Positions 37,867-46,074 of a stretch of DNA of 64,000 nucleotides are shown here, piece after piece. The DNA is from Fimbriimonadales bacterium (lineage in GTDB: Bacteria; Armatimonadota; Fimbriimonadia; Fimbriimonadales; GBS-DC). The stretch spans positions 13,168-77,167 of the forward strand of contig JANXAW010000023.1 in assembly GCA_025061985.1 (NCBI GenBank), written 5' to 3'. The notes beneath the pieces were generated by a model. That model was not told the origin of the DNA. It saw nothing but the letters and a program-made list of their open reading frames with translations, and did not search any database. The position numbers were made by a program, and so were the translations under genes. Position 1 is the first letter of the stretch. Every line of letters starts with the position of its first letter.

Positions 37867-38826
37867 ATGCCCACCATAGGCATTTACTCTACCGTTGAGG
37901 AACTGGCGCAGGGAGTGTTGCGTGGGGAAGTGCGCGCGATCGCGCGCGCGATTACGCTAGTGGAATCGCGCTCTGAGGCGCGACTGGAGCTACTGGAGCG
38001 GTTGTTCCCTCACACGGGGCACGCCTTCAAGGTGGGGATCACGGGCGCGCCCGGTGCGGGCAAAAGCACGCTCACCTATCAGCTGATCCCTCACTTCAAG
38101 GCGCAGGGTTATCGCGTGGGTGTGCTGGCGGTCGACCCCACCAGCCCTTTTAGCGGCGGGGCAATCTTAGGTGACCGCGTCCGCTTTGATGAGACGCTGG
38201 ACGGGGTTTACATCCGAAGCCTTGCCAGTCGTGGGAGCATCGGCGGGCTGTCGCGCGGGGTGCCTCCAGCTATCCGCGTGTTAGAGGCAGCCGGCTTCAA
38301 TCTAATCCTTATCGAGACCGTTGGGGCAGGGCAGCTTCAGGTCGATGTGCGCTTTGTGGCGGACACAGTAATACTTGTTCTCGTGCCCGAGTCGGGCGAT
38401 GTGATCCAGGCGATGAAGGCGGGCATCATTGAGATTGCCGACATCTATGTCGTCAACAAAGCCGACCGCGAAGGGGCATCTCGCATGCGCATAGATTTGC
38501 GCAACGCCCTAGAACTGGGTGGCAAGCCCAAGGGCTGGAACCCGCCGATTCTGCTGACCGAAGCCATCCATGGCAAAGGCATTGATGAACTGGCGAAATT
38601 TATTCACGAGCACAAGCAGTACCAGCAGCAGTCAGGCGACTGGGATAAGCGGCGCCTGCAACAGATAGATTGGGAGCTGCGCTCACTAATTCACGATGCG
38701 CTAGAGCAGCAAGCCCGCAATGTAGCCTCGCAGCTGTTTAGCCCTAGCGCGCTGCAAAACGTGCTGCAGCGCACCGAAAACCCCTATCCCATCCTACGGG
38801 CGTGGCTGGCGAGCCAGCCTAATTAG
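37867..38826 (+). CDS. meaB: methylmalonyl-CoA mutase-associated G-protein chaperone (MeaB/ArgK)
   Basis: Contains GITGAPGAGKSTL, IETVGAGQ and VVNKADR. No mutase gene is in the window. Confidence 0.85.
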   Translation: MPTIGIYSTVEELAQGVLRGEVRAIARAITLVESRSEARLELLERLFPHTGHAFKVGITGAPGAGKSTLTYQLIPHFKAQGYRVGVLAVDPTSPFSGGAILGDRVRFDETLDGVYIRSLASRGSIGGLSRGVPPAIRVLEAAGFNLILIETVGAGQLQVDVRFVADTVILVLVPESGDVIQAMKAGIIEIADIYVVNKADREGASRMRIDLRNALELGGKPKGWNPPILLTEAIHGKGIDELAKFIHEHKQYQQQSGDWDKRRLQQIDWELRSLIHDALEQQARNVASQLFSPSALQNVLQRTENPYPILRAWLASQPN

Positions 38827-40754
38827 GGCGAGGAGCGCTGGCGCATTAGCGGCTCGTTGCGTCGACCGCCCACACGAAAGCCTGTACCTTCCTCGCCCAG
38901 CACGTGCAGGAATACCAAGCACATTTCATCCTGCGTGCGTTCACCCCACGTGACATCCTTGGGCGGGCGGTTCGGGTTATTCGGGTTCTTCTCAGAGTTG
39001 TCGTAGTAGGCATAAACGACCACCCGCGTGCCTCGTGGGAGCTTCACAGGCGTTTTGTAGTGATAGGTGTCTTGCCACTTGAAATCCCAGTCGTTGATCC
39101 AAATCAGCACTTTCTGGGAGCCATCGGGCAGCTCGGCGACTACCTTCATCTCGCGCCCTAGCAAGTGCATATGCGGAGTGATCGCCACCACCTCCACATC
39201 GCGTGGAGCGATCCACATTGCACGCACTTCGTGGCGCTCAGCACCCGCAGGGATTCGGAACAAGGGGTTGAGGATCCATACGATGCCCACAGGGGTGGGG
39301 TTGGGCGACTTTTCGAGATAGATACCCACGCGCGTGCGGTCCCTTTCGGGCTTCCCCGTGCGGTAGTAGTGGATTTGTAGCACCACATCTGCCCCTTTCG
39401 GTAGCCGATAGCCTGTGCCAGGGGGTAGCACGCTGGGTGAGAAGCCCGGTGCCCAACCGCCCAGCATGCCTGCAGGCACAAAACCAGGCCATCCGAACGC
39501 TGCATAGCCTGGCTTGGGGTCCGCTGCGTCCAGTCGCCGCGCCGTGCCCGTGGTGTCCACAAACACAAGCACGTGGTGAACGGTATTGCGATTGCCGGGT
39601 TGGATATCTATCGCCCGCACAAACACATCTCTGTCGAAGTTGGTCGGAATGACGAAGTGGCGGTATTCATCATCGCCCGTGGGACCGACCTCGTACTCTT
39701 CGGGCATTTCGAACACGATGTCAGGCTCGCCCAGCCTCCAGCCACTGGGGAACTGCTTGGGGGGTGGCAGGTCTTTCGGGTCGCCAAGGGGCGCGCCGAG
39801 TTCCACCCACTTCCGGATTAGGGCGATCTGTTCCTCGGTGAGTCGTCGTTCGCCTTGGAACTCGCCGTAGCCCGGTAAGGGCTTCCATGGAGGCATCTGC
39901 CGTGCCTCCACCACTTTGGCGATTTCCTTGCGCCAAGTGTAGACATCACGGTAGGTCATCAGCGAGAAGGGCGCAACCTCGCCTGGGCGATGGCACGGTT
40001 GGCAATACTCTTGGATAATCGGTGCGATGTGCTTGGCGTAGGTGATAGGGGCTTCTTTAGTGGCTTCTTCGCGCAGGCGAATTGTGCAACCGAAAGTCTC
40101 AGCCGCTGCGACCTTTACGGGCTTACCTGCCAGCACCGCCTCCAACGCGTTTTTGAGGTAGTGCTCGCGCACGCGGTTCTCATAACGGTTGTCGTCGATC
40201 GCCCCGCGATAGCGCAGCAACATCTTTTGGTCTATCACAATCGCTTGCGGGGTCATCGTTGCACCTAAGGTGCGTGCCAGCAGCCCTTCGGAGTCGTGGA
40301 TGATGGGCGGCTTCAGCTTATACTCGCGCTGATGCTTCTCAATAGCTTCGCGCGTGTCATCGTAGTTGGAGTACACCAAAAACAGCGAAACGCCACGCTT
40401 GCGATAGATTTCATAGAGCTGGTTGATGCGTACAGCATACCGCTGGGCGGCAGGGCACTGAGTGGCAGTAAAGATGAACACCACAGGGGCGCGCTTCACG
40501 AGTTGGCTTAGCGTGTAGCGGTGCCCTTGCAAGTCGCTAAACTCTACATCAGAAACACGTCGGTTGACCTCGCCTGAGCGAGGCGCTTCGGTTAGCACAC
40601 GGTGTTTCAACGACACAACTTTGTCGCCCAATAGTTGCTGACTCGCGGGAGTGGCGTACCAGCCCCCTGCAATCAGCCCGCTAAGTATGCCCACCATCCA
40701 GATAGCTCTCGTATGGCGCCGCACTTGGCTCGAGGGGTCACGCATGTGTATCAC
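38823..40754 (-). CDS. membrane-anchored fusion protein: redoxin-like domain + CxxCH heme c motif + PHM/DBH-like type II copper monooxygenase domains
   Basis: TM anchor at aa 17-34. Redoxin block is VVFIFTATQC(100)PAAQ. The heme motif is C251-QPC-H255 in the context IAPIIQEYCQPCHRPGEVAPFSL. Cu ligand motifs are VH393H394VLVF, LQIH462YY, TPH528MH530LLG and DEM611CLVF. The GTG start lies 9 nt after a TATACT box. Confidence 0.7.
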   Translation of the reverse strand: MIHMRDPSSQVRRHTRAIWMVGILSGLIAGGWYATPASQQLLGDKVVSLKHRVLTEAPRSGEVNRRVSDVEFSDLQGHRYTLSQLVKRAPVVFIFTATQCPAAQRYAVRINQLYEIYRKRGVSLFLVYSNYDDTREAIEKHQREYKLKPPIIHDSEGLLARTLGATMTPQAIVIDQKMLLRYRGAIDDNRYENRVREHYLKNALEAVLAGKPVKVAAAETFGCTIRLREEATKEAPITYAKHIAPIIQEYCQPCHRPGEVAPFSLMTYRDVYTWRKEIAKVVEARQMPPWKPLPGYGEFQGERRLTEEQIALIRKWVELGAPLGDPKDLPPPKQFPSGWRLGEPDIVFEMPEEYEVGPTGDDEYRHFVIPTNFDRDVFVRAIDIQPGNRNTVHHVLVFVDTTGTARRLDAADPKPGYAAFGWPGFVPAGMLGGWAPGFSPSVLPPGTGYRLPKGADVVLQIHYYRTGKPERDRTRVGIYLEKSPNPTPVGIVWILNPLFRIPAGAERHEVRAMWIAPRDVEVVAITPHMHLLGREMKVVAELPDGSQKVLIWINDWDFKWQDTYHYKTPVKLPRGTRVVVYAYYDNSEKNPNNPNRPPKDVTWGERTQDEMCLVFLHVLGEEGTGFRVGGRRNEPLMRQRSSP

Positions 40755-40763
40755 CCTGCGTGA

Positions 40764-40769
40764 AGTATA
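40764..40769 (-). promoter_or_regulatory. -10-like box TATACT, 9 nt upstream of the redoxin-heme-monooxygenase GTG
   Basis: A TAnnnT hexamer on the minus strand, with no SD. Confidence 0.4.
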
Positions 40770-40802
40770 CCCCTACGAGGAAACAAACCAAGTATGCCTT
40801 GA

Positions 40803-40841
40803 CTGGGCGGCGGGGCGTTTCGGAGCATCCCTGCCGCCCAG
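40803..40841 (-). terminator. hairpin just downstream of the dockerin-tail gene 40853..41854
   Basis: CTGGCGGC-type arms CTGGGCGGC / GCCGCCCAG form a perfect 9 bp, extendable by GGGG/CCCT. There is no U-tract. Confidence 0.35.
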
Positions 40842-40852
40842 CAGGATAGACT

Positions 40853-41854
40853 TTAGCAGCCTTGACCGAAGTTGAACAGCACTAGCAGCAGGTCAGCGTT
40901 GTTGACCGACCCGTCGCTATTCAAGTCTGCTGGTCTAAACGGGCCCTGTTGACCGAAGTCAAACAACACTTGCAACAGGTCGGCGTTGTTCACGCACCCA
41001 TCGAGATCGACGTCCCCTTCGTTGAAGCCAGTAATCAGGATGTTGTCAACAGCAAGGATGTTCCCAGTGGCTTCTCCAGTACCACCACCCACGAACAAGC
41101 GGAACGCTGTTGGGTTCTGACGGCTGGGGTTGTTATAGTTCACAAGGTACCAATACGGGAAGCTCTCTGTTGGACCAACTCGCGTAGCTGCCAGTTGACC
41201 TGTGGTCAAATCGCGGATTCCAACCTTGACCAACACGCCGTTTTCCAGATCGAATGCAACGTACCGTCGGTACCAGCGGTTGATTTGCAGCCCATGGAAC
41301 GGGTTAGGGGGCGTGAAGGTCACCAAGAACGTGTCGCTGCCTGCTGCGTTTGTGACGACCCACCCTGCACGCCAGCCATCATCAGGGTTCCCGGGTACCT
41401 CACCTGATGGTGTAACCCACTGGAATAGATCAATAAAGTACCGCGTAGGGGCAGTGGCTGGCTGCAACGAGAAGGAACCGATATTGTTGGCGTTCATTCC
41501 AGGCTGGCCGCTGTAGCTCACGTACACGTCATAGCCGACTAACCAGCGGGTACGTTGGCTGAAGTCGAAGTCGCGCTGAGCACGTGGAAAGAGGCCAACG
41601 GTGTCCTTTATCGCTCCAGCCATCTGGGTACCACCGTTTGGGTTAGCAGTAATGCCCAGCGGGTTGTTTGCGTACGAGTAGACGAACCATGGGGTAGAGC
41701 CTGCAGGCAAGGGCAAGAACCAATTGTTCTGACCCGACAGCGGAAAGCCTTCGCGGTAAGGTGGCTCAAACCCGTCGTTGTACGACTGCGCCAAGACTGC
41801 ACCAGGCAGTACCACCACTATCGCAGTAACCGCAAGGGCTCTGCCTAGTCTCAT
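40853..41854 (-). CDS. secreted hypothetical protein with dockerin-like C-terminal double repeat
   Basis: Signal peptide is MRLGRALAVTAIVVVLPGAVLAQS. The tail is GDVDLDGCVNNADLLQVLFDFG..DLNSDGSVNNADLLLVLFNFG. SD AGGAGGT lies upstream. Confidence 0.55.
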   Translation of the reverse strand: MRLGRALAVTAIVVVLPGAVLAQSYNDGFEPPYREGFPLSGQNNWFLPLPAGSTPWFVYSYANNPLGITANPNGGTQMAGAIKDTVGLFPRAQRDFDFSQRTRWLVGYDVYVSYSGQPGMNANNIGSFSLQPATAPTRYFIDLFQWVTPSGEVPGNPDDGWRAGWVVTNAAGSDTFLVTFTPPNPFHGLQINRWYRRYVAFDLENGVLVKVGIRDLTTGQLAATRVGPTESFPYWYLVNYNNPSRQNPTAFRLFVGGGTGEATGNILAVDNILITGFNEGDVDLDGCVNNADLLQVLFDFGQQGPFRPADLNSDGSVNNADLLLVLFNFGQGC

Positions 41855-42024
41855 AGCATAACCTCCTTCAGTCCCTGCAAAGCATCAGATTAGTGGATTG
41901 ATTCATTATACCTCAAGATCTTTCTCAAACTGATAGAGCTCTCGCCCGCAGAAAGCAAAGCTCGCCGAAAACTTGTTGTGTCTGCAGCAGGCTTGGGCAT
42001 CCCTGTCGGGCGCTCAGCATCTGG

Positions 42025-42030
42025 TATACT
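42025..42030 (+). promoter_or_regulatory. -10-like box TATACT, 7 nt upstream of coaX GTG 42038
   Basis: Supports the shorter start, which gives the canonical CoaX N-terminus. Confidence 0.4.
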
Positions 42031-42037
42031 GCATGCC

Positions 42038-42808
42038 GTGCTGTTGGGCATTGATGTGGGTAACACGCACACGGTGCTGGGCGTGTACACTTCAGGGCGT
42101 TGGCACGCCTGGCGTGTGCATACGAACCCCGCCCGCACGGAAGATGAGCATTATATCCTGCTACGCACCCTGTTGGAAGCCGAGGGACTTAATCAGCCGA
42201 TCACAGGGGTGGCGATTTGTTCGGTTGTACCTGCTTTGGAAGAGCCGCTGCGTCAGTTGGCACGTCGCTGGCTGGGTTGTGAGCCGCTGTTTGTCTCTGC
42301 CGAGCTAGACTTAGGCATCAAGGTGGACTACAATCCGCCTTCGTCGGTGGGCGCTGACCGCCTTGCAAACGCCGTTGCGGGTGTCCACTACTTTGGGATG
42401 CCCGTCATTATAGTGGATTTTGGCACAGCAACTACGCTGGACGCTGTTTCGCGGGAGGGCGTCTACGTAGGTGGGGCAATCCTGCCTGGGGTAGAGCTGA
42501 TGCTGGAGTCGCTAGCAGGGCGCACGGCGCGCTTACCACGCATCGCCTTGGAGGGCGCGTGCCAAGCGATTGGCAAAAGCACGCCTGAGAGCCTGCGCAG
42601 CGGTGTCTTACTCGGCTCGGTAGGTGCGATAGAGTACCTCATCCAGCAGTTCAAGCAGGTGCTGGGTGAGCAAGCCCGCGTCGTCGCAACGGGTGGGCTA
42701 GCACCTCGTCTTGCCCCCCAATGTCCAAGCATCCAGCATATCGAGCCGATGCTCACCTTAGAAGGTTTACGCATTCTGTGGGAACGCTTGAATCGGGAGG
42801 CAGTATGA
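42038..42808 (+). CDS. coaX: type III pantothenate kinase
   Basis: Contains LLGIDVGNTHT, VGADRLANAVA and IIVDFGTATT. The track ORF starts at ATG 41978. In-frame GTG 42038 gives the canonical M-LLGIDVGNT N-terminus and lies 7 nt after a TATACT box. Confidence 0.85.
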   Translation: MLLGIDVGNTHTVLGVYTSGRWHAWRVHTNPARTEDEHYILLRTLLEAEGLNQPITGVAICSVVPALEEPLRQLARRWLGCEPLFVSAELDLGIKVDYNPPSSVGADRLANAVAGVHYFGMPVIIVDFGTATTLDAVSREGVYVGGAILPGVELMLESLAGRTARLPRIALEGACQAIGKSTPESLRSGVLLGSVGAIEYLIQQFKQVLGEQARVVATGGLAPRLAPQCPSIQHIEPMLTLEGLRILWERLNREAV

Positions 42809-43440
42809 GGCCAGAGATGCAGGAGGCATGGAGCCTTATTCGCGAGCGCGTGAAGCAAAAGGTCAGCGGGCGCACGCTTTACCGCGCATTGGATGCGCTG
42901 CAGCTAGTCACGATAGAAGGCGAGACGGTTGTGCTAGGGCTGCCCCACGAGGAGTACTCGCTGGCAGGGCACCTCAACGCTCCAACGGTGCGTCGAGCGC
43001 TGGAAGAGTGCATTCAAGAAGCCTATGCTTTCCGCCCGCGACTGGTGATTATCGACGGCACCACGCTGCACGATTGGCACCTTTACCAGCGCAAGTTGGA
43101 GGAGTTGCGTCGGCTTAGCGAACAAGGCATTCGCCGACGCGAGGTAGAGTCGCGCGCGCTCGCAGATTGGGACGCAGTCTACGAGCAGGTAGGGCGCAAG
43201 TTTGCTGAGACACACGGACGTAGCCTCGCTATCAATCGTGCCCGCTACCTAAACGAGGCGCTAGCGCTTGTACGCGAGGCGATGCGACGCCTGCCCCTCG
43301 AAACAGACGCCGATGAGCGCCAGCTCAACCGCATCGTTGAGCGTATCGCGACACACGCCGAGGTGCCCTCAGCACTGGTCGCTTGGCTCCTCCTGTACGG
43401 TGCGCCTTCACACAGCCATGAATCCGATCAAGCGTCGTGA
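42805..43440 (+). CDS. hypothetical protein (N-terminal region loosely DnaA-domain-I-like)
   Basis: ATG 42805 (M29 of the track ORF) follows GGGAGG and overlaps the coaX stop (ATGA). I recognise no family with confidence. Confidence 0.45.
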   Translation: MRPEMQEAWSLIRERVKQKVSGRTLYRALDALQLVTIEGETVVLGLPHEEYSLAGHLNAPTVRRALEECIQEAYAFRPRLVIIDGTTLHDWHLYQRKLEELRRLSEQGIRRREVESRALADWDAVYEQVGRKFAETHGRSLAINRARYLNEALALVREAMRRLPLETDADERQLNRIVERIATHAEVPSALVAWLLLYGAPSHSHESDQAS

Positions 43441-44566
43441 GCGACTCCTGATTGGCATACTGGCGGTAGTTGCGATGGTGGGTGTGCTTGCGGTTATCCG
43501 CTCACAACCGTGGGGGCGGGTAGACCTGCGCCTGCTAAAACCCAATACCCTCAACTGGATTGTATGTGTCCGCCTCAACGAAGACGGCTATGGCGACTTG
43601 ATGATGCTGTTGCCCGACGGCAAAACGCTAATGCTCACCGAAGACCCTTATGATGACCGTGACCCCGACTGGGCGCCTGACGGCAAAAAGCTGGTGTTTT
43701 CGTCCAATCGGCGCGACAATGTGTACCAGTTGTGGACAATAGACCCTGATGGCAAGGGGCTGAGCCAGCTAACCATCGGCGGCGGCGCCAAATTCGCACC
43801 CTGCTATGATCGTGATGGCACGCACATCCTGCATGTCGCCCAAGGCTTAGTAACCGACATCGATGTGAAGGGTGTGCACGCCACGCAACTCATCCCTTTG
43901 CCTGCACAGATGGTGCAGGTGCGTGAAGTTTACGGCCAGGTTGCGTTTCGCTATGCCAAACGCCCCATCCCCACCCTCATTGCAGCTGTGCAGCGGACTG
44001 ACGAGGGCGAGCAAGCGGTTTTGCAAGACCTTTCTACCGCTCAGCAACAGTTTGTGCTGCCTGTGCTGCTGGCGGGCGAGCGGGTGGACTTAGATTGGTC
44101 GCCGCAGGGGCAAAGTTTGGTGGTTGCGGGCACAGGGCTACTCATCCCTACGCCCCAAGGTGAGCGGCGAACAGGAGGGGTCATTCGATTTGATCTCAAG
44201 GAGGGCACCCGCGAAGTTGAGCCAATCCCCCTTTGGCTATCGCCTGATAACACTCAAGGAGCGGTTGAGGTCGTCTGGTCGCCTGATGGATCGCGAGTTG
44301 CGTTTGTGCTGGTGGAGCGTCGGGCTGATGGCACGCTCAAGCGACTGGCGTTAGCTAGCGTGCCTGAGGATGGGGGTGAGCCGACAGTAATCGTGCGGGG
44401 CGAGATTTATCATCCCCACTGGTCGCCTGACGGGCAATACTTGGTATTCGCAAAGGGGAAGCCGGGCAACCGCCAGATTTACACGGTGCGTTACGATGGC
44501 GCGGAGCTAACTCAGCGTACCCAGGCGGGTGATCACATTACCCCTCGCTGGTCGCCAGCACGCTAA
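43418..44566 (+). CDS. membrane-anchored TolB-like beta-propeller (PD40/WD40-like repeat) protein
   Basis: Begins MNPIKRRERLLIGILAVVAMVGVLAV (anchor). PD40 repeats are DPDWAPDGKKLVFSS, VVWSPDGSRVAF, HPHWSPDGQYLVF and ITPRWSP. Confidence 0.7.
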   Translation: MNPIKRRERLLIGILAVVAMVGVLAVIRSQPWGRVDLRLLKPNTLNWIVCVRLNEDGYGDLMMLLPDGKTLMLTEDPYDDRDPDWAPDGKKLVFSSNRRDNVYQLWTIDPDGKGLSQLTIGGGAKFAPCYDRDGTHILHVAQGLVTDIDVKGVHATQLIPLPAQMVQVREVYGQVAFRYAKRPIPTLIAAVQRTDEGEQAVLQDLSTAQQQFVLPVLLAGERVDLDWSPQGQSLVVAGTGLLIPTPQGERRTGGVIRFDLKEGTREVEPIPLWLSPDNTQGAVEVVWSPDGSRVAFVLVERRADGTLKRLALASVPEDGGEPTVIVRGEIYHPHWSPDGQYLVFAKGKPGNRQIYTVRYDGAELTQRTQAGDHITPRWSPAR

Positions 44567-44853
44567 GAAGCGAGTTGCTCGCGTTCCAGCTGTGCTTGGG
44601 CTGCTTGAAGCACTGCTTCGGGAATAGGGGCATTGAGCGCGCGCTCTAGGCTTTTGCGCTTGCGAGCGAGCCGAAAACACTCGGCGTTGGGGCATAGATA
44701 GGCGCCCCGCCCTGGCAGACGCTGCGAAGGGTCAAACGCCACCTGACGGGTTTGGGGGTCACGAACGAAGCGGAGCAAGGTATGCTTGGGAGCGGTGCGC
44801 CGACATGCAGCGCACCGCCGAATTGGGCTATGCAGACTTTTCTTTTTCGGCAC
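44563..44853 (-). CDS. ylxR: YlxR/RnpM family RNA-binding protein (DUF448)
   Basis: Contains PIRRCAACRR..PKHTLLRFV...GRGAYLCPNAEC. The likely GTG start at 44853 (MPKKKSL) overlaps the nusA 3' end by 26 nt. The track ORF is extended to 44919. Confidence 0.8.
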   Translation of the reverse strand: MPKKKSLHSPIRRCAACRRTAPKHTLLRFVRDPQTRQVAFDPSQRLPGRGAYLCPNAECFRLARKRKSLERALNAPIPEAVLQAAQAQLEREQLAS

Positions 44854-45925
44854 GGGCGATCTCTTCCTCCGAGCGCACTTCCAGCTTCCACCCTGTGAGC
44901 TGCTCGGCAAGGCGCACATTCACGCCCCCGCGCCCTACGGCTTGGCGCAACTGATTGTTGGGCACCACAACCAGCGCGCTCTTATGCGCCTTATCTAAAA
45001 TCACCCGATTGACGCGCGCAGGGCTAAGTGCATCCCGAATGAACTGCGCAGGGTCACTACTCCACTCGATGATGTCAATATGTTCACCGAAAAGCTCGTT
45101 GCTGATCGCTTGGACGCGCATCCCACGCTGTCCTAAGCACGCGCCCACGGCATCAACAAGCGGGTTTTTGGAATGCACCGCAACTTTAGTGCGTTCGCCC
45201 GGCTCGCGCGCGATCGCTTTGATTTCCACGTCGCCGCTAGCGATCTCAGGCACCTCGTGTGCCAATAAGCGGGCAACCAGCTGGGGCTCCGTGCGTGAGG
45301 CGATTACCTTCATGTCGCGCAGGCGCGGTTCGCGTCCGCGCTCCGTAGGGGGAATGCGTACCTCCAACACCAGTACCTTGATCGGCTGTCCTATTTCATA
45401 GGTGTCGCGCGGGCTTTGGTGCTTCTCTGGCAGCAGAACATCGATGCGCCCGTACGAAAGTAGCACACGGGGTCCGATAAACCGCTCCACGCGCGCAGTA
45501 ATGATGTCGCCCACGCTGCGGTTTAGTTCGCGCAGGGCATGCTCACGCTCCAGTTCACGCAAGCGCTGCGTCAGCACCTGAAGCGCATTTTGCACCGCAA
45601 TCCGCCCGAACTCCTCAATAGAGGCTTCCATCCGCACTGTATCACCGACTTCCAGCGTAGGGTTGAGCCTACGCGCCTCCTCTAAGGCGATTTGCGTGGC
45701 TTCGTCGGTGACGATACCTACGACTTCCTTCTCAACGAAAATCTGAAAGCAGTGCGGCTTGTCTGGGGCGAACTTTGCGTACACACGCGCACTGGGAGGT
45801 AGGCGCATTTGCTTACGATAGGCGTTAGCAAATGCCCCTTCTAGCGTCGCCATAAGTTCATTAAGCGGGATGCCCCGCTCACGCTCCAACTGTTTCAACA
45901 CCTCAATGATTTCGTTGCAGTGCAT
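44828..45925 (-). CDS. nusA: transcription termination/antitermination factor NusA
   Basis: Has the N-terminal domain, S1 (GDIITARVERF) and two KH domains (GACLGQRGMRVQAISNEL, QAVGRGGVNVRLAEQLTGW). Confidence 0.95.
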   Translation of the reverse strand: MHCNEIIEVLKQLERERGIPLNELMATLEGAFANAYRKQMRLPPSARVYAKFAPDKPHCFQIFVEKEVVGIVTDEATQIALEEARRLNPTLEVGDTVRMEASIEEFGRIAVQNALQVLTQRLRELEREHALRELNRSVGDIITARVERFIGPRVLLSYGRIDVLLPEKHQSPRDTYEIGQPIKVLVLEVRIPPTERGREPRLRDMKVIASRTEPQLVARLLAHEVPEIASGDVEIKAIAREPGERTKVAVHSKNPLVDAVGACLGQRGMRVQAISNELFGEHIDIIEWSSDPAQFIRDALSPARVNRVILDKAHKSALVVVPNNQLRQAVGRGGVNVRLAEQLTGWKLEVRSEEEIARAEKEKSA

Positions 45926-45955
45926 TGCGCTTACCCCCTTTGGGGCACTTGCGGT

Positions 45956-45989
45956 ATAAAGAAAAGAGTGGGCGTATACACCCCACTCT
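45956..45989 (-). terminator. intrinsic-terminator-like hairpin plus U-tract inside the nusA 5' leader (putative attenuator)
   Basis: The minus-strand RNA reads AGAGUGGG-GUGUAUACG-CCCACUCU, an 8-bp stem (five G-C pairs) with a 9-nt loop, followed directly by UUUCUUUAU. It lies between a TATACT box (46015-46020) and the nusA SD/AUG (45925). Confidence 0.5.
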
Positions 45990-46014
45990 CTTCCCGCCCT
46001 TGCCGCCCGCCCAT

Positions 46015-46020
46015 AGTATA
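46015..46020 (-). promoter_or_regulatory. -10-like box TATACT for the nusA leader transcript
   Basis: Lies about 90 nt upstream of the nusA AUG and upstream of the leader hairpin. The inverted repeat GTCGAG-ac-CTCGAC (46025-46038) sits just beyond it, in the divergent region. Confidence 0.35.
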
Positions 46021-46074
46021 CCCCGTCGAGACCTCGACAGGAAATCCTAAAGCTCGGGGCGTACTTAAGCGCGG

